From assembly GCA_032249395.1 (NCBI GenBank), contig JAVVFY010000002.1, positions 32,001 through 96,000 on the forward strand: 64,000 bases of DNA. The letters are read 5' to 3'. Below the pieces are notes generated by a model. The model searched no databases. It saw nothing but the letters and a program-made list of their open reading frames with translations, and was not told the origin of the DNA. Position numbers and translations under genes: made by a program. Source of the DNA: Candidatus Aenigmatarchaeota archaeon (GTDB lineage: Archaea > Aenigmatarchaeota > Aenigmatarchaeia > CG10238-14 > SpSt-28). Positions 26,302 to 36,093 of the stretch are shown here, piece by piece (position 1 is the stretch's first letter; every line of letters starts with the position of its first letter).

Positions 26302-27777
26302 ATGAGAAAGATCGAAAAAATAGAACAAATAGCAAAAAAGAGAGGATTCATTTTTGCATCAAGCGAAATTTATGGTGGCTTAAGCGGAACCTATGATTTC
26401 GGACCATTAGGCACTCTACTTAAAAACAAAATTATAGAGTTTTGGAGAGACTTTTTTGTAAAAAGCGAAGACAATATATTTGAAATTGAAACCAGTCTAA
26501 TTATGCCAGAAAAAGTTTTTGAAGCTTCGGGCCACTTAAAGGGATTTATTGACCCTATAACTCAATGTAAAAAATGTAAGAGTATATTTAGGGCAGACAA
26601 CATAATAGAAGAATCTATAAAAATGTTTGTTGAAGGGTTGAGCAGCGAAGAATTAACAAAAATAATAAGAGAAAAAAACGTTAGATGTCTTAAGTGTGGT
26701 GGGGAGTTGGATGACGTAAAAGTTTTTAATTTGATGTTCTCTATGAATGTCGGTGCTCTAGGAGATACAAAAGGTTATTTAAGACCTGAAACTGCCCAAG
26801 GCATATTTGTTAACTTCAAAAACATATTAGTTGCTACTAGAGCTAAACTTCCATTTGGAGTGGCTCAAATTGGAAAATCTTTTAGAAATGAAATCTCGCC
26901 AAGACAATGGCTAATAAGATTGAGAGAATTTACACAAGCAGAAATAGAATTTTTTATAAATCCTGAAGAGAGAACCTTTGAAAAATTAAAAGATTACGAA
27001 AATGTAAAAATAAGAGTTTTAAGTAGAGAAGCACAAAAATCTGGAAAACCAGAAGAAGAAATGAGTGTTAGAGAAGCCTTGGAGAAAGGAATTATTCCTT
27101 CTGAATATTTGGCCTATTTCATTGCAAAAGAACAAATTTTCTACGAATCTTTAGGTATACCAAAAGAGGCAATAAGATTTAGACAGTTATTGCAAGAAGA
27201 AACTCCACATTATAGTAAAGGGAATGTTGATATGGAAATTCTTTTTGATTTTGGTTGGAAAGAAGTTGTTGGGAATGCTTATAGAAGCGATTATGATTTG
27301 AAAAAACATTCTGAATATTCAAAAACCGATTTGTCCTATGTTTTGGAGAACGGAAAAAAGATTATTCCACACGTTGTTGAGCCTAGCTTCGGAATTGAAA
27401 GAACTATTTATGCTATACTTTTATATTCTTTTGTTGAAGATAAAGAAAGAGGATGGGATTGGTTTAAATTCAATCCAAAAATAGCTCCAATAAGTGTTGC
27501 TGTGTTTCCGTTGCTAAATAAAAAAGAAATGGTTGAAAAATCTATAGAGTTGTTTAAACATATAAAGAAGTATTTTGATGTTATATTTGATAAAAGTGGT
27601 TCTATTGGAAAAAGATACGCAAGAAGTGACGAAATTGGCATACCATATGCTATAACCATAGACCATCAAACTTTCGAAGACAACACTGTAACCATAAGAG
27701 ATAGAAACACTACGAAGCAAGAAAGGGTTAAAATTGAAGAACTTATAGACAAACTAACTAATCTTTTGAAGGTCTAA
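26302..27777 (+). CDS. glyS: Glycine--tRNA ligase (alpha2 type)
   Basis: YDFGPLG, ASGH, LRPETAQG, FRNEISPR, EPSFGIER, GSIGKRYAR. Confidence 0.97.
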   Translation: MRKIEKIEQIAKKRGFIFASSEIYGGLSGTYDFGPLGTLLKNKIIEFWRDFFVKSEDNIFEIETSLIMPEKVFEASGHLKGFIDPITQCKKCKSIFRADNIIEESIKMFVEGLSSEELTKIIREKNVRCLKCGGELDDVKVFNLMFSMNVGALGDTKGYLRPETAQGIFVNFKNILVATRAKLPFGVAQIGKSFRNEISPRQWLIRLREFTQAEIEFFINPEERTFEKLKDYENVKIRVLSREAQKSGKPEEEMSVREALEKGIIPSEYLAYFIAKEQIFYESLGIPKEAIRFRQLLQEETPHYSKGNVDMEILFDFGWKEVVGNAYRSDYDLKKHSEYSKTDLSYVLENGKKIIPHVVEPSFGIERTIYAILLYSFVEDKERGWDWFKFNPKIAPISVAVFPLLNKKEMVEKSIELFKHIKKYFDVIFDKSGSIGKRYARSDEIGIPYAITIDHQTFEDNTVTIRDRNTTKQERVKIEELIDKLTNLLKV

Positions 27778-28266
27778 AATTAATGAAGCAAAGACTTCAT
27801 TCCACCTCTCTCTTTCTAGCCATATAAATTTGCCATATTCTTTATATTCATCTACATAATTTCTATGAACAACAGCTATAACAATTTTGTTGCTTTTTAA
27901 GATGTCTTTAATTTTATCTTCGAACTTTTTACTAAATAACTCCATTTTTCCTATTTCATCTACAACAATAAATCTACACTCTTTTTCTGCAACCTCTAAA
28001 GCAGGAATAGCCACGTCTTCAAAAATGCCTACATCTACAAAATACTTTCCAACTCTGTAGTTAGTATTATAATAAATGCTAGCAAATACTTTCTCTTTTA
28101 GATTTAATAAATCAACAACCTTAAAACCTATTCTAATTCTTCCTTCTCTTACTTCTGGAGAAATTATGCCTCCAACTTTGATGTTTTTCTTTTTTAAAAA
28201 TTCTATTAACTTAACAACTAAAGTTGATTTTCCGGAAGCAGGTGGCCCGCTAATCAAAAACTTCAT
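27754..28266 (-). CDS. THEP1-family NTPase
   Basis: GPPASGKST, GRIRIGF, RVGKYFVD, VDEIGKME. Confidence 0.92.
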   Translation of the reverse strand: MKFLISGPPASGKSTLVVKLIEFLKKKNIKVGGIISPEVREGRIRIGFKVVDLLNLKEKVFASIYYNTNYRVGKYFVDVGIFEDVAIPALEVAEKECRFIVVDEIGKMELFSKKFEDKIKDILKSNKIVIAVVHRNYVDEYKEYGKFIWLERERWNEVFASLILDLQKIS

Positions 28267-28293
28267 AAGCTTATTAATTTTTAATAAGATATA

Positions 28294-28854
28294 ATGATAA
28301 TGAGTCTTGAAAAAATGATCGAACTAGCAAACATTATACAAGATGAAGAACTTAAGAAAAAAACTATAGAAATATTGAAAGATATAAAGCTAACTCATCC
28401 TACGCTTAAAAATTATGAAAGGGAAGATCCAGAAAAAGTTAAAACACCTTTTGTCGTAAATGATACCATAGTTATAAGAGAATTGACAAACCATACTGTT
28501 AGCGTTACTGAAGCATGTATAAAAATCGCTGAAGTAATTGAAAAAAATTACGGGTTTAAAGTTAACAAAGATGCTTTAGTGGCTGGTGCCTTGCTTCACG
28601 ATATAATGAAAGTTTATGAGTTTAAAGATGGTAGACCAACAAAAATTCTATTTGACCATTCAGCTTTAGGTTTTGGAGAACTGTACAAAAGAGGATTTCC
28701 AGAAGAAGTTTTACATTTGGTAATATCGCATGCTGCCCCATCAACAAATCCACCAAGAACACTAGAAGCATTAATATTGCACTACGTTGATACTTTACTA
28801 GCTTTGGCAGAATTTGGAATATATTCTCAAATAGTAGAAAAAGAGGAGAAATAG
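28294..28854 (+). CDS. HD-domain protein
   Basis: NHT, GALLHDIMK, DHS, ISH, LHYVD. Confidence 0.85.
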   Translation: MIMSLEKMIELANIIQDEELKKKTIEILKDIKLTHPTLKNYEREDPEKVKTPFVVNDTIVIRELTNHTVSVTEACIKIAEVIEKNYGFKVNKDALVAGALLHDIMKVYEFKDGRPTKILFDHSALGFGELYKRGFPEEVLHLVISHAAPSTNPPRTLEALILHYVDTLLALAEFGIYSQIVEKEEK

Positions 28855-29916
28855 ATGAAAAAATTTATAAAACCTGCTATAAGCTTTTTAAAAAAAGTTA
28901 AAGGAGATTTAGCTATAGTTTTCGGCCACGATTGCGATAGCATTGCTTCTGCTTCAATAATTTATAAGTTGGCAAAAAATTTAGCGCTAAAACCAAAATT
29001 GATTGTTTCCACACACAATTTTGAAATTGATGAAAAAACGGAGAATCGCATCAAAAAATTTGAAAATATAGCAATACTTGATATTGGAGATACGCCAGAA
29101 GAAAGAATAAATAGAATTGCTTCATCCAAAAATCTCTTAATTATTGACCATCATATTCCGAAAAAATATAATTGCTACTATGTAAATCCAAGACTTTATA
29201 ACAAGAACGTTTATATACCAACCAGCTATATATCGTGGTTAATTTACAAAGAGTTTTTTGACGATAAAGATATTTTATGGATTGCTGCATTTGGAACTCT
29301 TGGCGACTTCGGTGCAAAATACAACAAAGACTTGTTTAAAAGGTTAAGAGAGAAAAATCCTGAATTAATTGGAAAAGTTAGAATTGATGATAGAGAACTG
29401 TTTGAAAGGAGCACAATAGGAAAAATAGCAAAAATGGTTGATTCTCATAGAATTTTTGAAGGAATAAAAGGTGTGGAATACGTAACAAAGCTTGTAGCAA
29501 ACTCTAATTCATATCTAGATTTGTTGAATGACAAAAAAACAAATAAAATATATGAAAAACTAGGAAAAGCATTCAAAAATGAACTGAAAAGACTTAAAGA
29601 AAGAAAAATAGAAATTGGAGAATATTTAATTTATGAGATAAAGAGTAAAATTAACCTTAAATCGTCGCTAGCTAGCTATTTGCCAAAGATTTTTCCAAAA
29701 ATGATAATATTTGTAGCACAAAAATCTAAAGAAGGATACTATGAGGTTAGCGTTAGAAGAGGTATTAAAAGAAAAGTTAACTTAGCTAAACTTGTTAAAG
29801 AAATAAGTAAAAATATTAGAGCTAAAGGTGGTGGACATCCCAGTGCTGCAGGAATGAGAATAGATGATTTAAAGGAACTAGTTGAATTCTTAAAAAATAA
29901 AAAAAGAAAGAAATAG
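28855..29916 (+). CDS. DHH/DHHA1 phosphoesterase (RecJ-like)
   Basis: GHDCD, LDIG, IIDHH, GGGHPSAAG. Confidence 0.88.
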   Translation: MKKFIKPAISFLKKVKGDLAIVFGHDCDSIASASIIYKLAKNLALKPKLIVSTHNFEIDEKTENRIKKFENIAILDIGDTPEERINRIASSKNLLIIDHHIPKKYNCYYVNPRLYNKNVYIPTSYISWLIYKEFFDDKDILWIAAFGTLGDFGAKYNKDLFKRLREKNPELIGKVRIDDRELFERSTIGKIAKMVDSHRIFEGIKGVEYVTKLVANSNSYLDLLNDKKTNKIYEKLGKAFKNELKRLKERKIEIGEYLIYEIKSKINLKSSLASYLPKIFPKMIIFVAQKSKEGYYEVSVRRGIKRKVNLAKLVKEISKNIRAKGGGHPSAAGMRIDDLKELVEFLKNKKRKK

Positions 29917-29919
29917 CAA

Positions 29920-30222
29920 TCATTTAGTTAAAACAATATCAATTGTTGAAACATTAACTTTTCCTTTTCCTTCTACTTCCCTTTCTTCAGTTCCTAGGTC
30001 TATTCTCTTTATTTTAACATCTGGCATAAACCTTCTTTGAATTACTTGAGCTACGTCTACCGCTCTTGATATGCTTTTTCCTCTTGCTTTAATGTGAACT
30101 TCTTTTTGGCCACTTGTGAACTGAGTTATTACTGCTAAAACGTAGCTCATAGTTGGTTTTTTACCTATGAATACAACGTTATCAGCTTGTTGTTCTTTTG
30201 CTTCTTCTGACACTATCAACAC
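29920..30222 (-). CDS. albA: DNA/RNA-binding protein Alba
   Basis: [35 protein letters not shown]. Confidence 0.96.
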   Translation of the reverse strand: MLIVSEEAKEQQADNVVFIGKKPTMSYVLAVITQFTSGQKEVHIKARGKSISRAVDVAQVIQRRFMPDVKIKRIDLGTEEREVEGKGKVNVSTIDIVLTK

Positions 30223-30289
30223 CTCCCTACTTTAAAGATATCAATTAAAATATAGTTTTAAAATAATTTAAAATTTCTAAAACATCTCA

Positions 30290-31210
30290 TTACAGTTTGA
30301 ACTCTTTTACAACCTTTCTCTTATTCTCAACGCCTTTAGCGTCTAAGACCTGAAATGCTAAATCTTTTAATTTAGGATATAAAGCACCATATTTCTCTGA
30401 GAGCCTATTTACTTCTCTTTCTATGTCTTCGGAACTCAGATTGTCTACCCTCTTCTGAAGTTCATCCAATTTAGATTGTAATTCATTCCAAACATTTTCA
30501 TAAGTCTTAAATGTCTTAACATATTCTTTTGTTGCGACTACAAACCCTCTAAAGAAAACTCCGATCAGAAAAATCGCTGCGAAAACTACGACACTAAATA
30601 TACCCATAAAGCTAAAGAGTACCCAAACAGTCTTCACAAACCAACCCATTGGAATTGTCAAAAATGCAATAATAAAAGCCAAAACTCTGTTAACATTGGG
30701 AGATACATGAGTAAATACTTCTAACATTTGTAGAAATGTCCAAACAAGAGTGTAAATAGCAGCAAAGGGTAAAATAAACAAATAAATTATTGCTGGAACG
30801 TACATCCATTGCTCGGGTAACCCAAGCATTAGAAAAACGTTAGCTGCGAGGGGTGGTAAAGGAGAAACTTTCATATTTTCTGGTACCTCTAATATAGTTG
30901 GATAAGGAATAAAGAGTGGTAGCATGAATAGCAAAAATAAAACAACTGCGTATAAAATTAAACCAAGATTTATGCCTCCTCCTCCTGGTAAACCTGGTAA
31001 ACTCGGCATGCCACCTTTAGCTACTATAAAAAGCAAAACTATGAAACCTAAAATGAACAAAACAGGTATTAAATCTTTAGCAATGTTAACTAATGTTTCT
31101 CTGATTTCATTCATTGTTGTTGTTCCTCCACCAGACTGAGCTAAAGAAACATTTATAGTTAAAAGTAGGAAAAATAACAGAAAAACTAATACTTCTTTAA
31201 TTTTCTCCAT
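30290..31210 (-). CDS. Multi-pass membrane protein with C-terminal coiled coil (paralog family member)
   Basis: Signal-like N-terminus, several TMs, ILPFAAIYTLVWTFLQMLEVF...VNRVLAFIIAF. Confidence 0.75.
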   Translation of the reverse strand: MEKIKEVLVFLLFFLLLTINVSLAQSGGGTTTMNEIRETLVNIAKDLIPVLFILGFIVLLFIVAKGGMPSLPGLPGGGGINLGLILYAVVLFLLFMLPLFIPYPTILEVPENMKVSPLPPLAANVFLMLGLPEQWMYVPAIIYLFILPFAAIYTLVWTFLQMLEVFTHVSPNVNRVLAFIIAFLTIPMGWFVKTVWVLFSFMGIFSVVVFAAIFLIGVFFRGFVVATKEYVKTFKTYENVWNELQSKLDELQKRVDNLSSEDIEREVNRLSEKYGALYPKLKDLAFQVLDAKGVENKRKVVKEFKL

Positions 31211-31247
31211 TTTACTTAATTGTTTTAAATATTTAAAAGCTTTCTTT

Positions 31248-31496
31248 TTATCTTTTTTTCAAAAAGTAAAAAGAAAGAATTATAAAAATTATAAAAATCA
31301 AAAGGGCTGAAAATGAAAAGAAAGCTAATATAAAAGTTTTATAATAGTAAAAAGAACCAATAACAAAAAAAGAGGAAACCAAAGCTATTATTAAATTAAT
31401 ACTCCTTTCAAAAAATCTAATCTTGCTCAAAATACCATAAACAATTAGGAATGAGAGGAATGAAAATGATAGAGCCAAAATATCCTCAATCATCAA
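31248..31496 (-). CDS. Small membrane protein (paralog family member)
   Basis: FLIVYGILSKIRFFERSINLIIALVSSF. Confidence 0.7.
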   Translation of the reverse strand: MMIEDILALSFSFLSFLIVYGILSKIRFFERSINLIIALVSSFFVIGSFYYYKTFILAFFSFSALLIFIIFIILSFYFLKKR

Positions 31497-31987
31497 AACA
31501 CCTTTTCTCTAGCTTTTTTATACCATTCCTCCTCATCAATCTTAATTCCACTTATTTTCGCTAAACTTTCCGCCTCAGAAATTTTTTCTCTTATCGCTTT
31601 CTTAATTTCTTGTCTTTTCCCCTCGTCTTTCCCCACTTCAAGCTCTTTAGTTAATCTTTCTACATCTTCCTTTAGTTTCTTTAGCCTCTCCTTCCCTGTT
31701 ATAACAGAAGTAGAATACTTTAAAATTCCCAACAAATAAAGAGAAACAAAAACCAAAACAGTTAAAGCAGCTGCTAAATAAGGCAAAACTTTAGTTAAAC
31801 CAAAAGAATAAAGGGAAAATACAGAAATAGAAGAAATAGTTAAAGCAGTTAAAGAGTAATATAAATTTCCAACATTTCCAAATATGTTAGAGCGCTTGAG
31901 AAAAACGAATAATATCAAGTAGAAAAGAATTAGAGGTAAAAATATGGAAAATATGAACTCATTTAGTTCTAAGCTAAATATTTCCAT
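31493..31987 (-). CDS. Membrane protein with coiled-coil tail (paralog family member)
   Basis: FLPLILFYLILFVFLKRSNIFG. Confidence 0.72.
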   Translation of the reverse strand: MEIFSLELNEFIFSIFLPLILFYLILFVFLKRSNIFGNVGNLYYSLTALTISSISVFSLYSFGLTKVLPYLAAALTVLVFVSLYLLGILKYSTSVITGKERLKKLKEDVERLTKELEVGKDEGKRQEIKKAIREKISEAESLAKISGIKIDEEEWYKKAREKVF

Positions 31988-32032
31988 AAAATAGTTTTCT
32001 TAACAATAAATAAACGTAAAACAAAATAAGAG

Positions 32033-34132
32033 ATGAGTCTTCTTGACAAGCTAATTAAAGATAGTTGGAAAAACCGGATAAGAGAAAAATTGGAAGATCT
32101 TTACAGAATTAAAGACGAGTGGAGAGGCAACATAAGAGAAAAAATAGATCAGTTATATACTTTGTCAAAATCAGAAACCTTTTTAAGCACTATAAACAGA
32201 ATAAGCGAGTATTCGCTAAAATCTTCAGCATTCCTATTAATAACAACATTTGCCTTCTATCCTGGATTTGTTTCTAAAATTTTTTGGGCATTCCTAATAT
32301 TATTTGTTATATTGGCATTAGCATCTATAGCATTAAAAATTTTCTTCCCAACCGCAATAATAAGAGCTACTATTTCAACTTTTCTTGGCGCCGATCCTCT
32401 CACTTCTGTTTTAAAATCGATTGGAGCGATCCTCCTAATGCTTCTTTTTACTATATTTTTACCCTCCCCAAATTACTTTAAAACGTTCGAACCAATAGGA
32501 GAGCTTCCAGTTTATATTTTGTTTTTATTATCAGTTCTAGCATCATTCTTCCTTGCATCCTTAAGATTTCCGCAAATTTTTGTTTTTGGAGCAGCATACA
32601 TTATTTTCTTATACTTTGTATTACCAATTTCGATTTTCGCAGCAACAACAAAAACTTGCATAGAAAGCAAATCTCTATCTTCCATTCAAATACCTTTACT
32701 CTCAAGCGCAACAGATAGGTATTCTTGTCAAAGGTTGACTAAATCTTCTTTAATGTTAACTGGAAAAGTTGAAACTATACCTTCTACTTCTGGAATTGAT
32801 GTTAAAATTGGTTTAACACAAATGAATCCGTTGCCTGCTGGAAAAACTTTTAAAGAAGTTTTCATAATTACTAATAATTATCAAAAAAATGTAACATTAA
32901 ATAGAATTTACCCGTATTTGAGAAGTTCATATTATAATGTGCTATTTGTACCTAAAGACTACCAACAGAAAAAAACAATGCTACTTACTAAAGAAAATTA
33001 CGGAGAACAAATAGTTTTTGACCCGTTTCAGCTAGATATTATAGTGCCTAGTGATAAAAGATGTAAGATAACCCAAGAATGGATGAAAGAACGAGGGTAT
33101 GTTTCTGAATGTTCTTATGAAAATCCGTGTGAAGAAAAAAATGGTTTAAAAGCTGCTTGTGTTCAAGTAGGAACGTATTCGTGCAAATGTGTTGATTGGG
33201 TAGAAGCTACTTGTAGTGGGGCTCCTTTGAATTTGATAATTGATATGAGGCACACCGGATTCCTAAATGGTAGGGGAGCTCTATATTATTTTGAGGATTA
33301 TAATCCTGCTTCTCTCCCTTCTTATAGATACATCCAATATCCTGCGGAAATTACAATATATTTCACGCCAAACCCTTGGTTTCAAAAAAGATATGCTGAA
33401 TACATAGATGAAATCTATATGTTCGCCCAGATAAAATTTTACTCAAAACAACCACGAATAACAAGACTCTCTGTAGAGCCAATAACAACAATAGTAAATA
33501 TAACAGACGAAATTAACAATGTAGTAATAACAGAATCTATAGGAATAAGGAAGAAAGATTGCAATTTGAAGGAAAAAATGGAAGAAATAAACTATGCTTT
33601 AAGTAGTAAGGGAGAATGGACTGGAGTTTTGTGCACGTTTTATCCGCCATCAATAAATGTTGAAGTTAAAAACTTAACTGATGGAAGTACGATCGCTACT
33701 ACTTCTGTATCGCTCTTGCTAATAAATCAGTACTGCAACGCTGAATACATAAACCTATCTTCATACAAAAGTTCTGCAGAAGCATTAGTAAAATACTATG
33801 AAAACCTTAGAGTAATAGAATCTTTAAGTAAGGATATAAGAAGGACTATAGATAAATATGGATTTTGTTCTTATTTGAAAGGAGAAAAAGAAAAGGAAGA
33901 AATGAGAAAAAAGAGAATAATAGAAAATAACATAAAAAGAATATATGTTTATGTTAGTTTTGATTACGTAACTTCGCAATATTTTGTTTCAAGAAATATT
34001 TATCCTTATTATACTCCAGCTTGCGAAGGAAAACAAGTAGCAAAGCAACCTGAAGAAAGTAGAGAAGCTTCTGAAGAAAAGAAAGAAGAACTGCAAACAA
34101 GCATTTCTGAAATGTTCCCAGAAATACTATAA
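32033..34132 (+). CDS. Large membrane protein: ~5 TMs plus Cys-rich extracellular region
   Basis: Hydrophobic residues ~65-205, followed by ~490 aa with many Cys. Confidence 0.75.
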   Translation: MSLLDKLIKDSWKNRIREKLEDLYRIKDEWRGNIREKIDQLYTLSKSETFLSTINRISEYSLKSSAFLLITTFAFYPGFVSKIFWAFLILFVILALASIALKIFFPTAIIRATISTFLGADPLTSVLKSIGAILLMLLFTIFLPSPNYFKTFEPIGELPVYILFLLSVLASFFLASLRFPQIFVFGAAYIIFLYFVLPISIFAATTKTCIESKSLSSIQIPLLSSATDRYSCQRLTKSSLMLTGKVETIPSTSGIDVKIGLTQMNPLPAGKTFKEVFIITNNYQKNVTLNRIYPYLRSSYYNVLFVPKDYQQKKTMLLTKENYGEQIVFDPFQLDIIVPSDKRCKITQEWMKERGYVSECSYENPCEEKNGLKAACVQVGTYSCKCVDWVEATCSGAPLNLIIDMRHTGFLNGRGALYYFEDYNPASLPSYRYIQYPAEITIYFTPNPWFQKRYAEYIDEIYMFAQIKFYSKQPRITRLSVEPITTIVNITDEINNVVITESIGIRKKDCNLKEKMEEINYALSSKGEWTGVLCTFYPPSINVEVKNLTDGSTIATTSVSLLLINQYCNAEYINLSSYKSSAEALVKYYENLRVIESLSKDIRRTIDKYGFCSYLKGEKEKEEMRKKRIIENNIKRIYVYVSFDYVTSQYFVSRNIYPYYTPACEGKQVAKQPEESREASEEKKEELQTSISEMFPEIL

Positions 34133-34178
34133 TCTTGATCAAAACTTTATATAATATAATAATTGAGAAATTAAAGTT

Positions 34179-34481
34179 ATGAGGGAAATACTTTATATTG
34201 TTGCAAGCGCTGCAGTAGTCGTTATATCAATATACATTCTTATAAAGTTGGGTTTCATTCCTTTTGCTGGCACAGTTAGTAAACAAGATTGCATAAACAA
34301 TATAATGCTTGCCTGTGATGAATATAGAAGTAAAGGCAAAGTAGACGCTTTTAACAAAATTAGTAGTGGTTGTGCAGATATTGTAGAATCTGGATCTCTA
34401 AAAGAATGTTTAAGAAAGGATATCAAGGAGGAATTAAAAAGACAATATTGTAGTGAGCTCTGTAAAGAGTTCGGACTATGA
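34179..34481 (+). CDS. Pilin-like protein (N-terminal TM, six-Cys domain)
   Basis: Paralogous Cys pattern with 34523-34849. Confidence 0.65.
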   Translation: MREILYIVASAAVVVISIYILIKLGFIPFAGTVSKQDCINNIMLACDEYRSKGKVDAFNKISSGCADIVESGSLKECLRKDIKEELKRQYCSELCKEFGL

Positions 34482-34522
34482 CCATAAAATAAAGTATTTA
34501 AATACGAAAAATAACAGGATTA

Positions 34523-34849
34523 ATGAGGGGGATCACTTTAGAAACTGGTGTGATATTAGTAGTTTTGCTATTAATTGTGGCACTTCTATTCTACTACCTT
34601 TATATTAATTTTGTATCCTCACAAAAAACCCTTACAGGACAACAATGCGATGCCCTATTAAACACTGCATGCCAGGCCTACCGACAAGGAACTCCTCCTG
34701 GTGCGGCTTTTAAAAATGTGCCAAATGAATGTGTAGATGTAGGAAATCGGCAGCATTTGAGTGCGTGTAAGGAAGGCAATAGAGAAGCATGTGAGATTAT
34801 ATGCGAACTATGGATAGTAGGAGAACCAGAAGAATTTGGAGTAATATAA
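34523..34849 (+). CDS. Type IV pilin-like protein (class III signal MRG/ITLE)
   Basis: RG followed by a hydrophobic helix; six-Cys domain. Confidence 0.72.
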   Translation: MRGITLETGVILVVLLLIVALLFYYLYINFVSSQKTLTGQQCDALLNTACQAYRQGTPPGAAFKNVPNECVDVGNRQHLSACKEGNREACEIICELWIVGEPEEFGVI

Positions 34850-34872
34850 GAATCTCTTAAGGTGAAACTTCG

Positions 34873-36087
34873 ATGTGGAATAATAAAATTAAGTTTTATT
34901 CGTTTACTTTATTTCTTATCTCGCTTTTTTTACTTTTGTTAGCATCTTCTTTAACACTCGCAACAAACGTTCAAAGTCAATCTCAGAGCCTAGAAACTTT
35001 GGAGATAAAGCTTGGGAAAGGATGGAACATGGTATCTTTTCCATTTGAAAAGGCATATATATTTTTCAACGAAAGTGATTGCTACTTTCTATTCAACTTC
35101 GCAGGAAAATTAAAAGACCCAACTAAAAGGGCTTTTAGAGAAAGATACGAACCATACAACCTAAACCAAGAGAAAGATGAGCTTGGGGGAATACCACTAG
35201 TTATTTATTCTTATGAAGAGTGTACTCTAAAAGTTAAAGGAAGCGGAAGACTTACCGCAAATGAAATAAATAAGAGAGAAAATTTGGTGAATTTAACAAA
35301 GGGGTTGAATCACATACCAATTCCTTATGGCGGAATTCAACTAACTCAACTAAAGGATTGTACAATCAACAGTGTTATGTATTACAATTCCTCAGAAGTA
35401 TTTTACAAATGGTATAGATGGGAGCCTCTCGGATTCGGCCAAATAAAATTCTCTAAATCAAACGATACCAAAACATGGAGTGAAATATCAACATTAGATA
35501 ACTATTATTTGCCACATGGAATAAGCGTATTTATAGACGTAAAGGAGAAATGTAAATTAAGGTTTAGTGAAGAATCAACACAAACAGCTGTAACAACAAC
35601 TACAACTACTCAGCAGACAACAGGTCAAGTAAAAGTAATAGAAATAGAGTGTCATAATAGAAATGATTGGGATTCGTGTCCTAATAGAGTATATAATTTT
35701 GGAATTAGGGAAAACGAAAAAATTATAATATATAATTGCAATGCAACACAATTAGCAACTGAGCTTGGTGATTATTATTATACCTCTCGACTTTATTTTA
35801 ATGTATCAACACAGAAAAACCAGAAATGCAAACTTGAATGGAAAGTTGAATCATCCAATGCTGATCAGGGTTATTATCTTCGCATTTACACAAGTTCTAC
35901 ATCCTGTCCTCCTTATCCGTATGATTGTATGAGCTTCGGAGAAGGGAATAATATTAAAATCGCTAAATGTACAAATGAAAGTTTCTCTGGAACCTCATAT
36001 TCACTTGTGGCTGTAGACTCTCCAAGAAAACCATCACCAAAAGATACAATCTTTAACGTATCGGTTTCAATTACCGATTGCAAATAA
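34873..36087 (+). CDS. Secreted/surface protein with Thr-rich linker
   Basis: Signal peptide, LGKGWNMVSFP and LTKGLNHIPIP repeat, TTTTTT linker, Cys-rich C-domain. Confidence 0.72.
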   Translation: MWNNKIKFYSFTLFLISLFLLLLASSLTLATNVQSQSQSLETLEIKLGKGWNMVSFPFEKAYIFFNESDCYFLFNFAGKLKDPTKRAFRERYEPYNLNQEKDELGGIPLVIYSYEECTLKVKGSGRLTANEINKRENLVNLTKGLNHIPIPYGGIQLTQLKDCTINSVMYYNSSEVFYKWYRWEPLGFGQIKFSKSNDTKTWSEISTLDNYYLPHGISVFIDVKEKCKLRFSEESTQTAVTTTTTTQQTTGQVKVIEIECHNRNDWDSCPNRVYNFGIRENEKIIIYNCNATQLATELGDYYYTSRLYFNVSTQKNQKCKLEWKVESSNADQGYYLRIYTSSTSCPPYPYDCMSFGEGNNIKIAKCTNESFSGTSYSLVAVDSPRKPSPKDTIFNVSVSITDCK

Positions 36088-36093
36088 ATAAAA

